A stretch of 62,838 bases of DNA, filler included, from Collodictyon triciliatum (GCA_043381765.1; 8 parts of 8 records of this genome joined end to end with filler, not necessarily neighbours in it); one strand, 5' to 3'; counted from the first letter of the whole stretch, positions 11,856 to 32,764 are shown. Notes: generated by a model not told the origin, from the letters alone. Numbers and translations are program-made.

Positions 11856-14800
11856 TCATTCCGGATGGATGCCGTCACTGCTGGCCATACAATCACGCTT
11901 GTGATGGGGCTCTGATTCGCAAACTTTAAAAAGAACAAGAGTAAATAGGGAGGGAAATATGCAATTATCACATGTAAGTATGGTGAGGATGACTCTTGTA
12001 TAATAATCACATCACTTTTACAATAAGGAAACAGTACGAGGCACATGAAATAGTATTCACCATCACTGGACGGGTCCCTTTGGTAGGCAGTATCTGCTTC
12101 AAGGGCTCTCTTCCTTTCGTTCATTTCGCTCTTTGATGTGACTGTAAACTGAGATGAGAGTTCATCTTCGTAATATTGCTCAGTATCATGTGTTGGTATT
12201 GGTGCTGTCACAGTGGTCGCTGGAGATTCGATCCTTGTCGGCGCGTATGTAGACTGATGACAGCTATAGCGATTCGAGACTGCAAGCCTCATGGCTTTTA
12301 GCTCTTGCGCAAAAGAAAGAAAAAGAAGAGGAGATAATTAATTATATATATATATTATCATTTCAAGTAAAATAAATTGACAATATGAAAACATGATAGA
12401 TAAAAGCAGTCTTTCTTGGTATCATTTTGGAGGAAGAGGTTGGCACGGTCTTTTTTTGTAAGAGCAAAAAAAAAAAAAAAAATTGTTAGTTCGGCTGTAA
12501 GTAAATATTTAGTCGGCTTACTTTTCCTTTCTAACACTTTCTTGTGTGAGTACGTGTAGAATGAATGGGTATACTGCGAACTAATAACTGTGATTGGTTC
12601 GCTCTGTTGGCATAGCGTAAGTTTGATACAAAATTCTCTTTGCCTGTGCCTTGCTGATGCTTCTGAAATGGTCAAGCCAGAGAAGACAGCCGACCCGTTC
12701 TTCTCTACAGGGACTGTTGTTACGCCGCCAAGAATTTCACAGGAAAGAGGTAGCTGTATTGGTGCACAGTTCTTGTTTTGCTCTGAGGCATACATCAGCT
12801 CAGCTTTCATTATGTATTTTCCTTCAGGAAGCCCATCTGCTACCGGCTGGACTGAAGCTATGAAGCTGAAGTTTCTATTTAAAATGTGAGAAGTACGGTC
12901 ATTTCTTTGAATGTAATTTTCAATACATGTAATAGTAAGTCCTGTGAAGAAAAAAAATATATTTATCATGTATCTGGATGGAGGAATAGCTTTAGCTGCG
13001 ATTCATTAATCAATGAACCACCTTATTTCCTTCGGTGTCCGTGTTCTTATTTCGCTGGGTGGTTGCATGTCTATTGATATCTCTAATTGCTCACCAACCC
13101 TTTTTTTGGGATTATCTGTGTCTCTTGTGCTGGGAGAAGGTAGGTCATATTGTCGCGGACTGATTTTTTGTGATGCACTTAACAAGGAGGCCACGTCCAT
13201 CTCCTCCCTGCTGAGAACCCGTTTATCCCCGGTTTGGGACTCTATACTATTCCTACCGAGGCTTAACATTCTTGATGACGGCGATATAGATTGTGGTGGT
13301 GAATTTTGATGCTCCTCCATTTGATTAGGCGATGGCAGACGAAAACCATCTGTTGGGGGTTGTAAAAAAATATTTTGTAGTGGCTGACTGGCGTTGCCCT
13401 GGTGAGAGAAGAATTCAGGTATGTTTGATGTTTTTTTGAATGGAATGGATTGTTGTCCGGGAGCTTGCTCATTTATAGCTGTTTTCATATCTTGCCCATT
13501 GGTAGCTGTCTGGTTTATTAACTGTGTAAAGGATATATGAGAACTCTGGGAGAGGTGGTAGTTGTGACCCATAATTTGAGGCTCATATCCTTGTTGGGAT
13601 GGTTGAGCAGTATTATCAGTAGCTTTTGTCATCATTCCACAACTCATAAATCTTGATGTTTGTGTTGGGATATATCGTGCTGTGACTGGGTGAAGAAGTT
13701 TGACTGCAAAGAAGGTTTCTAAATCGACCAACAATTCCTGTCGGCACACAGGGCAGTAACACAGGTTTGGACTTTTACTTCTCAAGCAGTCCCAGCACAG
13801 GGTGTGAAGACAATTATGGATACCTATAGGGTTATTCGCTCTGGAGGTGCAGAGTTGGCAGTACATGTGTGGATCTGGTGTGAATGCCTCTCCAATTACT
13901 CTAGACACATCACCAACAAGGTTTTCAGCCTAAAATGTTTCAGGGTCATTGAGGACTCAAATAATCCTTATTTTACTATTACTAGGTTTAAAGTGTAAAA
14001 TTACATGAATATATTAATCGATGGGATAAAAAGTTCATTAATCTTAAGAGGAGAGAATTTCCCTTGTCATTTGTTGTAGAGGAGAAATTTCTACTATAAT
14101 ATTATATCATACCTCAACAACTAACTTAGGCAAGAGCCGGGACTGGCAAAATGTGCTTTGCTTTAAAACCTCTTGAATAGTCAAGGGTGGAATCCCTTTC
14201 GTGCGTTTGTTTCTCTTGTGTATAATTTTAGAGACTGCTATGTAATTGAACAAAACATACTTACGAAGGTGGTCTATGGTTTCGCTTAAATTGACCAACA
14301 TCGTTGTCATTTCCATCGTGCGAGAGGGATTGTGCACTGCCACCAGAGGAGGTTGGACAATCATATTTAATTTATCAGTCTGCTGTACGATTCCAAATGG
14401 ACGTGCGGACGATTTGTTTACGATGTCTTCGAAGTAGTTGCGTATAATGTTATATTGTTCCACACATTCCTTCTCTACCACGGCATAAAACTGATCTATC
14501 CGAACAAGCTCTGTATTGAGTTGATGCAAGAAAATATTGTGAATAGAATTTGCAGTTCCAATGTGGATCTGCTCAAAAGAGTTGTGAGGACCAGCATTTG
14601 GCGCAAATAGTCTTTTTGGGGATTGAGTGTGGGTATTGGAGGGTCCTAACCCACTTGCGGATATGCTTGTGCCTTTTTAATATATATTCAATAGTGAGTT
14701 TTTTATGATGAGAAATGTACATTTAGTTGGTTTTTTTTATTAAAAAAAAAACCTGATATCAAAGTTGGAGACATCATCGTTTGGGTTGGTGCAATGAGGC

Positions 14801-14954
14801 TAAGAGGAACAGGCTCTGATACAAATTTATGTGTTCCTGTGGGGGAAATCACACTTGGATTGCAGTCGATGGCCTTCTTGAGGGTCTTATAGTCGAGATA
14901 GAAAGCATCCCAGCCCGAGCGAGCAGCCTGCTTTAGACGCTTGCCAAATTTCAT
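11856..14954 (-). CDS. SPX domain - C3HC4 RING finger - disordered linker - CudA/CBP60-like DNA-binding domain protein
   Basis: SPX: MKFGKRLK...YLDYKTLKKAI, FLHQLNTELVRIDQFY, LRKYVLFNYIAVSKIIHKRNK. RING: CQLC...CLHTLCWDC...CPVC. Exons 14954-14753, 14672-14113, 13929-13095, 12941-12522, ~12302-12061, ~11923-11856; phase-compatible GT-AG junctions, 3' exons less certain. Confidence 0.85.
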
Positions 14955-16612
14955 CTTCACGGCAAACCCTATTTGCATATGGTGAAATCACTTCTAGCTT
15001 GTTGTCTCTAAACTTCTTTTTTAGGCGACTATATCTTCACAAAAAATGGGTGAGCATCATGTTAATTGTATACAAGACTGCTACGAGATTGGTTTATGTT
15101 ATTTTCTTATATTTTAATGAGAGAGGGGGAACATGAGGATATAATTCAACTTTTTTTAAGGTGGTTGATCTCGAACGTCCTTTACTTTTTAACAAAAAAA
15201 AAAAATGGGAGTGAAAGGATTGAATGAGAGTGGTTTTATACTGAAGCACAAGACCCCAGAATAATCCAAAGTTTGATCCCAATTTAAAAAAAAAAACACT
15301 CTTCATTTGCAGAATATGATAAGACCAGATATTTAGAGGCTTGCCTCGACTCGCATAACAAGGTCGATTCCCCACCACGAACTCAGGAACCTACCATAGA
15401 AAAGAATCACACGAATCCATTCTTGCACTTTTGTTCGAGAACAAATCAACAGCAACAAAGAAAAAAAATGGCGAGAAAGAAAGGCACCATGGTCGGGTGG
15501 TTGATCGGATTCAACACTGGCCCTTTTCTTTGCTGGACGTAAATGACCGGCTGGACTATATGACTACGATAAATCCTCCTTGTGGTTATCTTTCATCGAA
15601 CGGCGAAGGGAATTAATTTGAAATATCTTCTTTTCAATTGATATAGTTGATATCATTGTCATTTATTTTTTTCTTGCCCCTCATATTTTGATTTCGATAA
15701 TAAGAAGAAAAAAAAAACACCTTGTAAAAAGGAGTGAAATAAAGAACGGGAGTGGCCAACCAGCCTTCCCAAGACTCAATACCACTGGGAAACAAACATG
15801 GACCAAATTTTCCTTGACCGAGCAAAGAGCACCGGGAATATCTGCTTCAATCGGTTACGTCCTTCGGTGCATTACATTCCACGAATCACTATTAATATTA
15901 TCCTGCCCTCGTTCCCAAATCTAATCCCATAACGCACTCGATAATTCTGTGAATATTTAATTTTTGTGTATTATACAATTACTATAATTACATATAATTT
16001 CACTATAAAAAATATTTATTAAGTGCTATTAATTAGTTAATTTAATATTATGTTATATATTCCGCATATAAATTTTTCAACGATGAGGTTTCATTTGGCT
16101 TCTACTTGTGGATTTTTTGTAGTCCAACAACGCGGAGGATGGGTGTGGTTGGGATGCGCTTGTGGAGTGAAATATCGATGCATTTTTTTGGTGGTGTGAA
16201 GCTCCCATCCTTTTGGAACATGATTAGTTGCGGGAAAAAGAAGCCGATTCCTTCTCTCGACTTGGTGATACAGAAGCCTTTTGCTCTATCCCAGCAAAGT
16301 TGGCCCGTAACAGCCTGTAGTTGATTAGAGTCACACATTTCACAGATTGCTCACAGATTCTTCCACAGCGCTAGTATCGGCTTGGGAGTGTTTGGCGAGG
16401 GTGGTGGTATTTTATTCTCAGAGTTGTGCCTTGAAGTTCGGGCATAAACGGTGGGTAAGGCGCTGAATATGCAAAATGTGGTGAAAGCTCCTTTCCTCTT
16501 CTTTCTTATGTATTTCTTTCTTTGGGCGATTGTGCGTGGTTTCTTTGGGATTAATTGTCTGGTAAGTCATGTACGTTGTCCAGTATCATGTTTCAAGACA
16601 GAAGAAAAAAAC

Positions 16613-16712
16613 NNNNNNNNNNNNNNNNNNNNNNNNNNNNNNNNNNNNNNNNNNNNTTAATTAATTAANNNNNNNNNNNNNNNNNNNNNNNNNNNNNNNN
16701 NNNNNNNNNNNN
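16613..16712. other. Artificial scaffold linker
   Basis: N44-TTAATTAATTAA-N44. Confidence 0.97.

Positions 16713-16807
<95 letters not shown>
16713..16807. repeat. (AAT)n microsatellite at scaffold start
   Basis: Read directly. Confidence 0.95.
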
Positions 16808-16810
<3 letters not shown>

Positions 16811-16824
16811 AGAGAGAGAGAAAA

Positions 16825-17085
16825 AAAGCGACATTCCAAAAGTCAAGAGGCAAAATGAGTCGCCTGAAGAAAGGGAAGCTAGACTAGCAACGATGCGCAT
16901 TTATGATAGACAAAGAAAGCAAAGGGAGATACTCCAGCAAAGAGAAGAAATGCTTCACGACCAAGCGATCCGCGAAAGGAATCGAAGAGAACAAGAAACA
17001 ACTGGAGAAAGGGTTTTAATAGGCTTCAAGCTCAAGCCATCGACTCACGGGTAGCAAGAGAATCTATTCAATATAGTGCTCAGTA
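16825..17085 (+). pseudogene. Frameshifted STPR-type (23-aa) repeat fragment, possibly a Helitron-derived relic
   Basis: Three 23-aa units: ESPEEREARLATMRIYDRQRKQR (16857), EILQQREEMLHDQAIRERNRREQ (16926) and ETTGER[x]NRLQAQAIDSRVARES (16995). The third needs a frameshift at the GTTTT run 17013-17017. No introns; stop codon follows shortly. Confidence 0.55.
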
Positions 17086-17437
17086 GTAATTCCTCTGCTT
17101 AGCTATCCGTTTCTATGTTTTCTTTTTCTTTTATCTCTTTTCCCATCGCGTTGCTAAGCACCAATACTACAACTAGTATGAAGTAAACAAGCACAAACAC
17201 TTCAAAAGATCTTCAGTCTGTTTAGGACCGCAAAAATGAGATTAATATATATAAAGAACTTGGCCAAAAAAGAAAAAATCGCTCAAAATCAGTTGAGAAA
17301 CTCTGCCACCAGAGCTGCCGATGGAACTTCCAATCACTTTTCAGCTGTGTGCTCCCAGTCATGTTTTCAACTCAAGGATCGTGTGCCACGAGACTTATTC
17401 TTCACTACTTTTTTTCCCCTCTTCTCCAGTCGTAGTG

Positions 17438-24807
<7,370 letters not shown>

Positions 24808-24926
24808 GTATGGATGAGCTGCTTTTCCTTTTTTTTCCCCCTCATCGATATTTTTAAAATGGTCTCATTGATAAAATTACACAGTCCATATTATGATATG
24901 CAAAAAAAAAAAAAAAAAAAAAAAAA

Positions 24927-24957
<31 letters not shown>

Positions 24958-24968
24958 GTCAAACCGCA

Positions 24969-25068
24969 NNNNNNNNNNNNNNNNNNNNNNNNNNNNNNNN
25001 NNNNNNNNNNNNTTAATTAATTAANNNNNNNNNNNNNNNNNNNNNNNNNNNNNNNNNNNNNNNNNNNN
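24969..25068. other. Artificial scaffold linker
   Basis: N44-TTAATTAATTAA-N44. Confidence 0.97.
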
Positions 25069-25149
<81 letters not shown>

Positions 25150-25525
25150 CTCCGGCGATTTGGAATATTTTGCAATTATACCAACGACGCAACAATTTTG
25201 TATATTTGTGACTATTTTTGCCCCATCTCTAAAAGAATATCTTATCATGTCTTTAGGGGGAGGGGTCCAGTCGGGATGCCTCTGCAAATCAATCCGTAAA
25301 TCTATTTTATGTGTACAACATTTACAGGGGCTATCATAATAGACACTTTGCCTGGTTTGATTATCTGTCCTGAAATTGTCCTCACATTTTTCTTTTAATT
25401 TGTATGAAGATACATATAAAGAAGAAAAAACTATAGACATAATTACCACGCTGATAACATATCTGCTTCTGTGTTACAATCGATGTACGACCACCCCTTC
25501 CTAATTCGTTTCCAAATAAAAAAAG

Positions 25526-27337
25526 ATGGAGACAATACGAAATATGCAGAATGAGAAGCTCTCGCTAGTTTCCGAAATAGAAACTCTGAAGCAAGGCCGT
25601 GAAAACCAGAAAAGGATGATAGAGTCACTAGATTTTCAGTACCAGAATGAAAAAGACAAAGTAAAATCTCTCTCATCGAAGGTATGTTTTATATATATAT
25701 CGGGGAAAACTCATGCAAATATGATTTTCTTCCTTTTGCTAGAGGGGGTTATTATATTCACTCTGATAAGCCAATATTTCATAAAGCATAATTTTCTCCG
25801 CTTTAATAATGTTCAACGACTGATTATTATTTTTTTACTATCATAAATGATCCTTAATCTTACTCATCTTGTATATACTATAATCTAGAATGAGTTTTTA
25901 GAAAAACGAATCAATCATCTCGAAGAAGAGTTGAAATCTTATGGAACAATCGCAAATAGACAAGAAATGGAGTTGGTACATTCTTGTTCAGATAATATCA
26001 AATTATGTAAAAAAAATAATTTATACATCAGTATTTTACTATATATTGCATCATCAATCCAAAAAAATTACAGGAGATAGGAAACTTAATGGAGAAAGTA
26101 AAGGATTTAGAAAATGATAAGAAACGCCTTAGTATCAGTATTCACAATGTCGAACGTGAGAATTTTTTTTTTAATTGTCTAACATTTGTCTATGAGATAT
26201 TTACATTCGAGCGAGAAAAATACAACATCGCAATATAACAATCCACAATTATAATTTTTGATTGGAGTAAAAAGTGTGTCAAACTAACATTCTTCAAAAG
26301 TAATTTGTGAATTTTCTTACTTGAATATCCATACATAGATGAGTTGATAAAAATGCAAGACTTCACAGATGCAATAAACCAAACTGTTATGGTAACGGAA
26401 AACCATACAAAACAAAACACAAGACTGTTTTGTTATATACTCGATATTTTATCATGTTGTTTCCTTTTCATTTTGACTTCCTGAATCATATAAATTCCAA
26501 TGATGATTATCTAATCGATTTAAAATATGTATTCTCAAACAATTGATAGGATTTTCGAGAGACCATATGCGCATTCTTTGAGAATTTTGAAATATTTAAG
26601 GATTTAACATGGAAATGTACCTACAATTAAATTTACATCTTGGATGCTAGTATCATACTCTGACTTTTTTCTTTTATTTTTCGACACCCCATTCGCCCTT
26701 TCCCAATCAAATATTGGTCAATTAAATTTTGCTGATTAAATAATTTTTTACAAACCATTGTTTGTTTGTTTGTTTATTTGTTTGTTTGTTTATTTGTTTG
26801 TTTATTTATTTGTTTATTTATTTGTTTATTTATTTATTTGTTTGTTTATTTGTTTGTTTTTTTGTTTATTTGTTTTTTTGTTTATTTGTTTTTTTGTTTA
26901 TTTGTTTGTTTGTTTGTTTGTTTGTTTGTTTGTTTGTTTGTTTGTTTGTTTGTTTGTTTGTTTGTTTGTTTGTTTGTTTGTTTGTTTGTTTGTTTGCTTT
27001 TTCTTTTTTTTAAAAAAAAAGGGGATGATGGATCGATAATGAATAGTATTCAAAACTTCTGCCCGGAGGGTCGCCAGAAGCACATTCATAACTTGGCAAT
27101 CGAATTGCATGCCCTTTTGACATGTGTGGGTGGATATATCCATCAAATATCGAAAGAAAATGAATCAAAACGACGGCCATGCGATGAAAAAGGGATCCAA
27201 TCATACAATTCTGATGACATGATGGTAAAACGAATTCACTATACCTTCTTTCATCATTTTAGTATCACATAAAATGGCACATATGGTTTATAAAATGAAA
27301 TACAAACCAATAAATGTTTTCACTTTTATTTTATTCC

Positions 27338-27427
<90 letters not shown>

Positions 27428-30400
27428 TATTGAAAAGTGTATATCCAAAGAGCAACTACAATCCTTAAGGCTTGCAAAAACGCAAGGAGATACAGAGGTC
27501 ACCAAAGTTCGCGATGTACAATTTTACTTTTTATTTGTTACAGCAATTTTTCGTTCTCTTTTCGTTGTCTTTTTATCCTATATTTCAAGATTCATTATTA
27601 CAAACCCTTCTCCTCATTCTTNNNNNNNNNNNNNNNNNNNNNNNNNNNNNNNNNNNNNNNNNNNNNNNNNNNNNNNNNNNNNNNNNNNNNNNNNNNNNNN
27701 NNNNNNNNNNNNNNNNNNNNTTTTTTTATTTTTTTCCTTGTCAGTTTGTTAATCACTAACGTCTCTTCAACCAGAACTCTGTCTTTGTTGCTCGCTCGGG
27801 TCAGCAGGACTTGCTTGAGATTCCATATCCAGACGAATTCGTCTCTATCCTTTATTCTGTAAGGACATGTTTATTTAATGCAGTTGAACGAGAGAAAGAA
27901 TAAAAAGAAGAGTACTTTTTCACAGTAACCACAAAACTACTCATCGTTCAGCTCCGAATTATGAATATTACAATTACGCCTTGAAAATATGAGAACCCAT
28001 TATTTATTTTGACTCTTTGTAGAACATGGTTGGAGTCATATACGATCAAGAATCCAAAACCCTCAACTCAGCCACTTCTCAGCTGCTTGATAAATTTGAA
28101 CGCATGAGAAGCGTGGCTGGTATTTCAGACGCGACTCATTCTGCCTGGTTTGCCTTCTATTATACTCTATATACATAAATGCGTACAGTACAACAACATA
28201 TAAGGATACGTTATTTAAACCGTTTACTCTCGTTGGTATAGTGTTTTGAAAACTTTGATTGAAGTTCTACTTCAAACTGGAGAATTTAATGAAGACTTTG
28301 AAGAAATTTTAAAGGAGCAGACTTCAAAGCTCTTATCGGCCGTCCAATCAAGCTTGTTTTTTTTTTTTTTTTGATTATTTCATTTATCCTTATGTTTTTT
28401 ATTTAAGGGATAAATGGATACCACTCAGGCTAACTATACAAAGTGGTAGACTTGAACCACATTTTGGGTCAATTGAAAAGCACTCCATAAATTTTTATTT
28501 TAAAAGATAATTAACAATCAGATATATCAAATTTTAACACCTATTTTGCAACAGAAGAGAGTGGGTCCGGGTTCCTTACAATTGCTCAAAAACTCGTATG
28601 CTTTTTTGTCTTTGAAATTTTTTATATCTATCAGTTAAAATATATGATAAAGGATTATTGAGAATTTAAACAGACGCACATATGTTCCATTTTTTTTACT
28701 TTTATTTGTAATCTTACTTTTGTCTTTTTTTTTTTTTGTAATTGCCTTTATTATTACGTTTTATGTCTGGGTTTTGTGTTTTTCTTGCACTTCCTTCAAA
28801 TTTGCGCAATATAGGGAGCCATATGTCTTATTTATATCCTAATTTGAAGGAGGCTTCACTTGGAGAGACTGTTTTCGATTTCTTTCAAACGATGTTGCAC
28901 ACACCAAAGCTACTCTCGTGGTACTTCCCTGTCTTGGTTGGTCTTCGCTGTAGCTGGTCAAGGTGAAATTCTTTGAGATATCATACTTCTGTAAATACTG
29001 TTGAGAATGAGCAAAACTGATGTATATTTTCAACGACATTAATCAAGCATATCGAAGATTATGTACCGTTTGTTAAATTTAAGTTTATCTAAAATATATA
29101 AATCATGCACACATAAAAACATACCTGAAATGAAAAACAGGACAAGTCCTGAGTCTGAAAGCGCCCATATTATTTACCAAGCCGTTCGGTAAGCAATATC
29201 TACAAACATATCGGGAAGAAAAAAGGAATTGGAAGGATAAATTGCTGATTTTTTTTATTTCATCAGCACGCATTACGACCGACTAAAGGAAAGTGCTCTC
29301 AACGAAGAGGGAGACATGTCTGTGTTTTCAAGGCTGGGAAAATCTATATTAGAAGAGTGTGACTATGCCCTGGAGGTAATTTTTTTCGTCTAAAATTAAG
29401 ATAAAAGAAAACCATGAAAGAAAGCAAGAAAAATTGTAAAGAGTCAATAGATAGCACACCATTCTAGATTTGTGGAAGGTATGTAGTGTCCTGAACCTGG
29501 AAAATTAAATAGTTTAATGTCGATTGATTTTTTTCATCCAATCCTAGACATATACACCACAGTTTGAAAATCTCTTTGAAAAAGTGGACCATTGTCTAAT
29601 TATGTCATTTGCTATCATATACTTTGATGATTTTGCGTCAAGCTATGATGCTGCGAAAATAAATCAAGTGCGTGAATGTTACTTTAATTTTATATCTCAA
29701 ATTCTTTTTTTCCTTGGTATTCTTTAATTTAGTATTTTGTGACATTGAGCATATACCCACACATTATAGAAAACTGCCATATTTTTCGGAGATATTAAAC
29801 GCTTCTCTGATTATGTTGCGGAGAGGATTACAAGCGTAATTATTGTATCTCAATGTTCATTAACTGATTTCGTCTTAAGATCAGTACTTTGGTTAAAAGA
29901 CTTATTACCTTTTTTGTTTATTTAGTTCCAGCCTCTTTCTTTGGACGAACTATTCAACTCGTGGTTCCAAAGGTGGACAAAGGAGCAGGAGTCTATGTTT
30001 TCAGACTATTCTACGCGAATTATGAAGGCCGAAAATTGGAAACCTATTGGAAGGGATTGGTTTGCTCTCTGCTGAAAGAATTGATACCATTCTTTTTCCT
30101 CATTTCTTCTTATGTTTTTTATGACTATATTTACACAAGAATTTTGTCTCTGTTTTTACTTAATCAACAAATAACAGCAATGTTTCGGCTGTTATCGACA
30201 TATCATCGCTCCTGTCTCAGTATCTTGAAGTCTACAAAATGCTAACCATATTTTCGACTACTCCGCTCGTTGAGTTCTCTAAAATGGTTCAAATATCTGT
30301 GGACAATTTCCTCGGTCATGTATCAGCTTGTCTTATTCCTCGTGTTAGTCTCTAATGCATCTCAACACACTTATATTCATACTGAGGAGTTTGTTGCCTA

Positions 30401-32764
30401 ACTTTACGAATATTGTCTTCATACATGTTCTTTCTATAGTCAGACCTTGTTGCAGAAAAAGTCAAGCTGCTACCTTTCTTTTCTCAGTCGCAAAGGTTTC
30501 GATACTTGATCGTCTCTTCTTCTTCTTTTTTTTTTTTCCTCCTTTCTTTTTCTTTATTACATAGGTAAATATGAACGCGAGAGTGATGTCCTAACCATGT
30601 ATATAATATTGAATATCGCCTCAAGTAGCAAGGTCACTATTATCAAGAGAACTGGTTATTCGAAACTGGCTGATTCAGTCACCTCCAAACTTAGAGCTTC
30701 AGATCTCAACACTGTATTGTTATCTACAATAATTCACACAAAAATTTAGCTTACTTAAGAAAGGAATAAAACGTGTCACTTTCTGTCTGCTAACAAATCT
30801 TGGAAATAAAATAAAAAACACCAAAGCTTTCTGTTCGCTGTCAAAGCATCACACATATGACAGCGGAGGTCCAAAAAATAATGTTAGAATTAGAAAGTGC
30901 CATTCGCTCTACCGGCCAAGAGAGGGATATGAATTCATGTATTCACGATATAAAAAGGTCAGAGAAGAATGATATAATATCCGCATAATTGAATTCATGT
31001 TTACTTATTTTTTGAATCGAATAAAGGAAAAAAAATGTTTACTTATTTTTCCCTCAGAAAACAAGTAATCCTGACTTATAATTAGGCGCTATGAAGAATT
31101 GAACAATAAACTAAATAGTGTCCACGGCTCTATGATTGCTTTCATAGGTAATATTTGCTATAATTTAAATGTGTAATCCATCCAAGGGGTGGGTTGTATC
31201 TTCCTTTTAAAGAAATCGAATCTTATTTTTACGGTATCTGTTAAAATTATTTGGATTCTTTGTAAAGTTGTTTTTATATGACGTAGCGACACGAATCATC
31301 TTCTTTGATTTGAGAGACAAATTTTTGCATGGGCTTTATGTCCCTATTCCAAACGAAGTGCAGATGAGTTCTATTATAGATGCCACCCACGAAATTGTGG
31401 AAGATATTGGAAAACTAGGTTTTTATCTTTACATAATTCATGATAACATAAATAATTACAAAACATGTCGTCAATCCATATAATCGGTGGAAAGGAAAAG
31501 GAATTGATGATACCCATTTGCTTCTACTTTCATGGAATATCTTGATTTATCCAAAAAAGAGAGAGAAGCTTGCTTAATGTTACAGCATGACTATTGTACC
31601 CATTATCAGAATTACCAGCAACGTTCATGGAAACTTTGACTGCGTCGATAAAAAAGGAGTTCTTTATATGCCTAGACCTTGTATTACTACTATCTCTGAA
31701 TCTATCTCATTAATTTATACTTCAGACCCAAATCTTCCATATCTATGTGACTAATTCATTATACCTTTAGATTATTTTATTTTTTAAAAAAAAAATTCAT
31801 CATCTCAGGTTATTTTTGATTTGGACCCACAACGAAAATACTTCCCTGAAATCGAAAAAACAAAGAGCTCACCAATATCACCAAGAAAGCCTATCGAGGA
31901 GATATTCGACGAGAATATTGCTGTAATCTTTATAAGAAAATCACCTTAAAAAGCTTTACTCAATGTTTCCTTTTTCCCCCTTATTTAAAATGATTTATGA
32001 ACCTTCATGACATTACAGGAAGCTATCACGTACTTTTATGGCGAACCAGGTAGATTCCGTCACAATGTACCATAAGATGATACTGTTTACATCCTCTATT
32101 TCAAGATACTATAAATATTTTCCCCTTAATTCGATTCAAGGGAAAGATACTTTAATTAAAATATTCTGATCGATTCGCCTTTTCTTAAAATTCTTTTCGT
32201 GACGCATAGATTTTCTACTTCAAGGACAGTGGAGTGCGAAGACATCTCTATTTGCGAACAGTCCTAAAGAGTTGATTGAAGTACAGTTCAAAATCAGTAT
32301 CTTTGGAATCAAATTATTTCTTCTTGAAAGAAAACATCCATAATTCGTGAAGTTAGTTAAAGCCATTTAAGTATTCTTAAATGCATACCATTTTACAGCT
32401 TTTCAATAGTGCGAAAGGTGATGGTGATAAGGACCTCATGGAAGATTTGGCTCATCTGATTGTTACCTGTGATGGACAGGTTTTTGTTTCATTTTATTTC
32501 TTTATTAAACTCCCATCTCTAGGGGTACGGTTTTGTCAATAATGTCGGATCAGCGTGCTATATGAAGAAAAAAAAGCACTATTTAAAATCTTTTATATAT
32601 ATACTTGACTATTCTTTTGAATTCGCTTGAAGGGAAGGCTTAGCCTATTATTTGCCATGTTATTTTGCATGACATGTATTTTTAATCCCCATCTTCACCA
32701 CCTGAATCTTTCATGTCATTAGGAGACCAGAAACTTCCTCAAAAGCCTGAAACTCGCAATCTAA
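25526..32764 (+). CDS. Munc13/unc-13-like MUN-domain protein of the plant PATROL1 (DUF810) type with N-terminal coiled coil; 5' end uncertain
   Basis: Exon peptides resemble PATROL1-family segments as I recall them: YPDEFVSILYSNMVGVIYD, LLDKFERMRSVAGISDATHSA, MHD1-like ENWKPIG...SAVIDI, MHD2-like TRIIFFDLRDKFLHGLYVP, and C-terminal LAHLIVTCDGQ|ETRNFLKSLKLAI*. Coiled-coil exons lie at 25526-26390. Confidence 0.7.
26758..26996. repeat. (TTTG)/(TTTA)n compound microsatellite, intronic
   Basis: Read directly. Confidence 0.95.

Noticed and set aside
15094-16612. Short ORFs upstream of the SPX gene
   Set aside because: No homology cues or consistent splice phases; treated as upstream/intergenic sequence.
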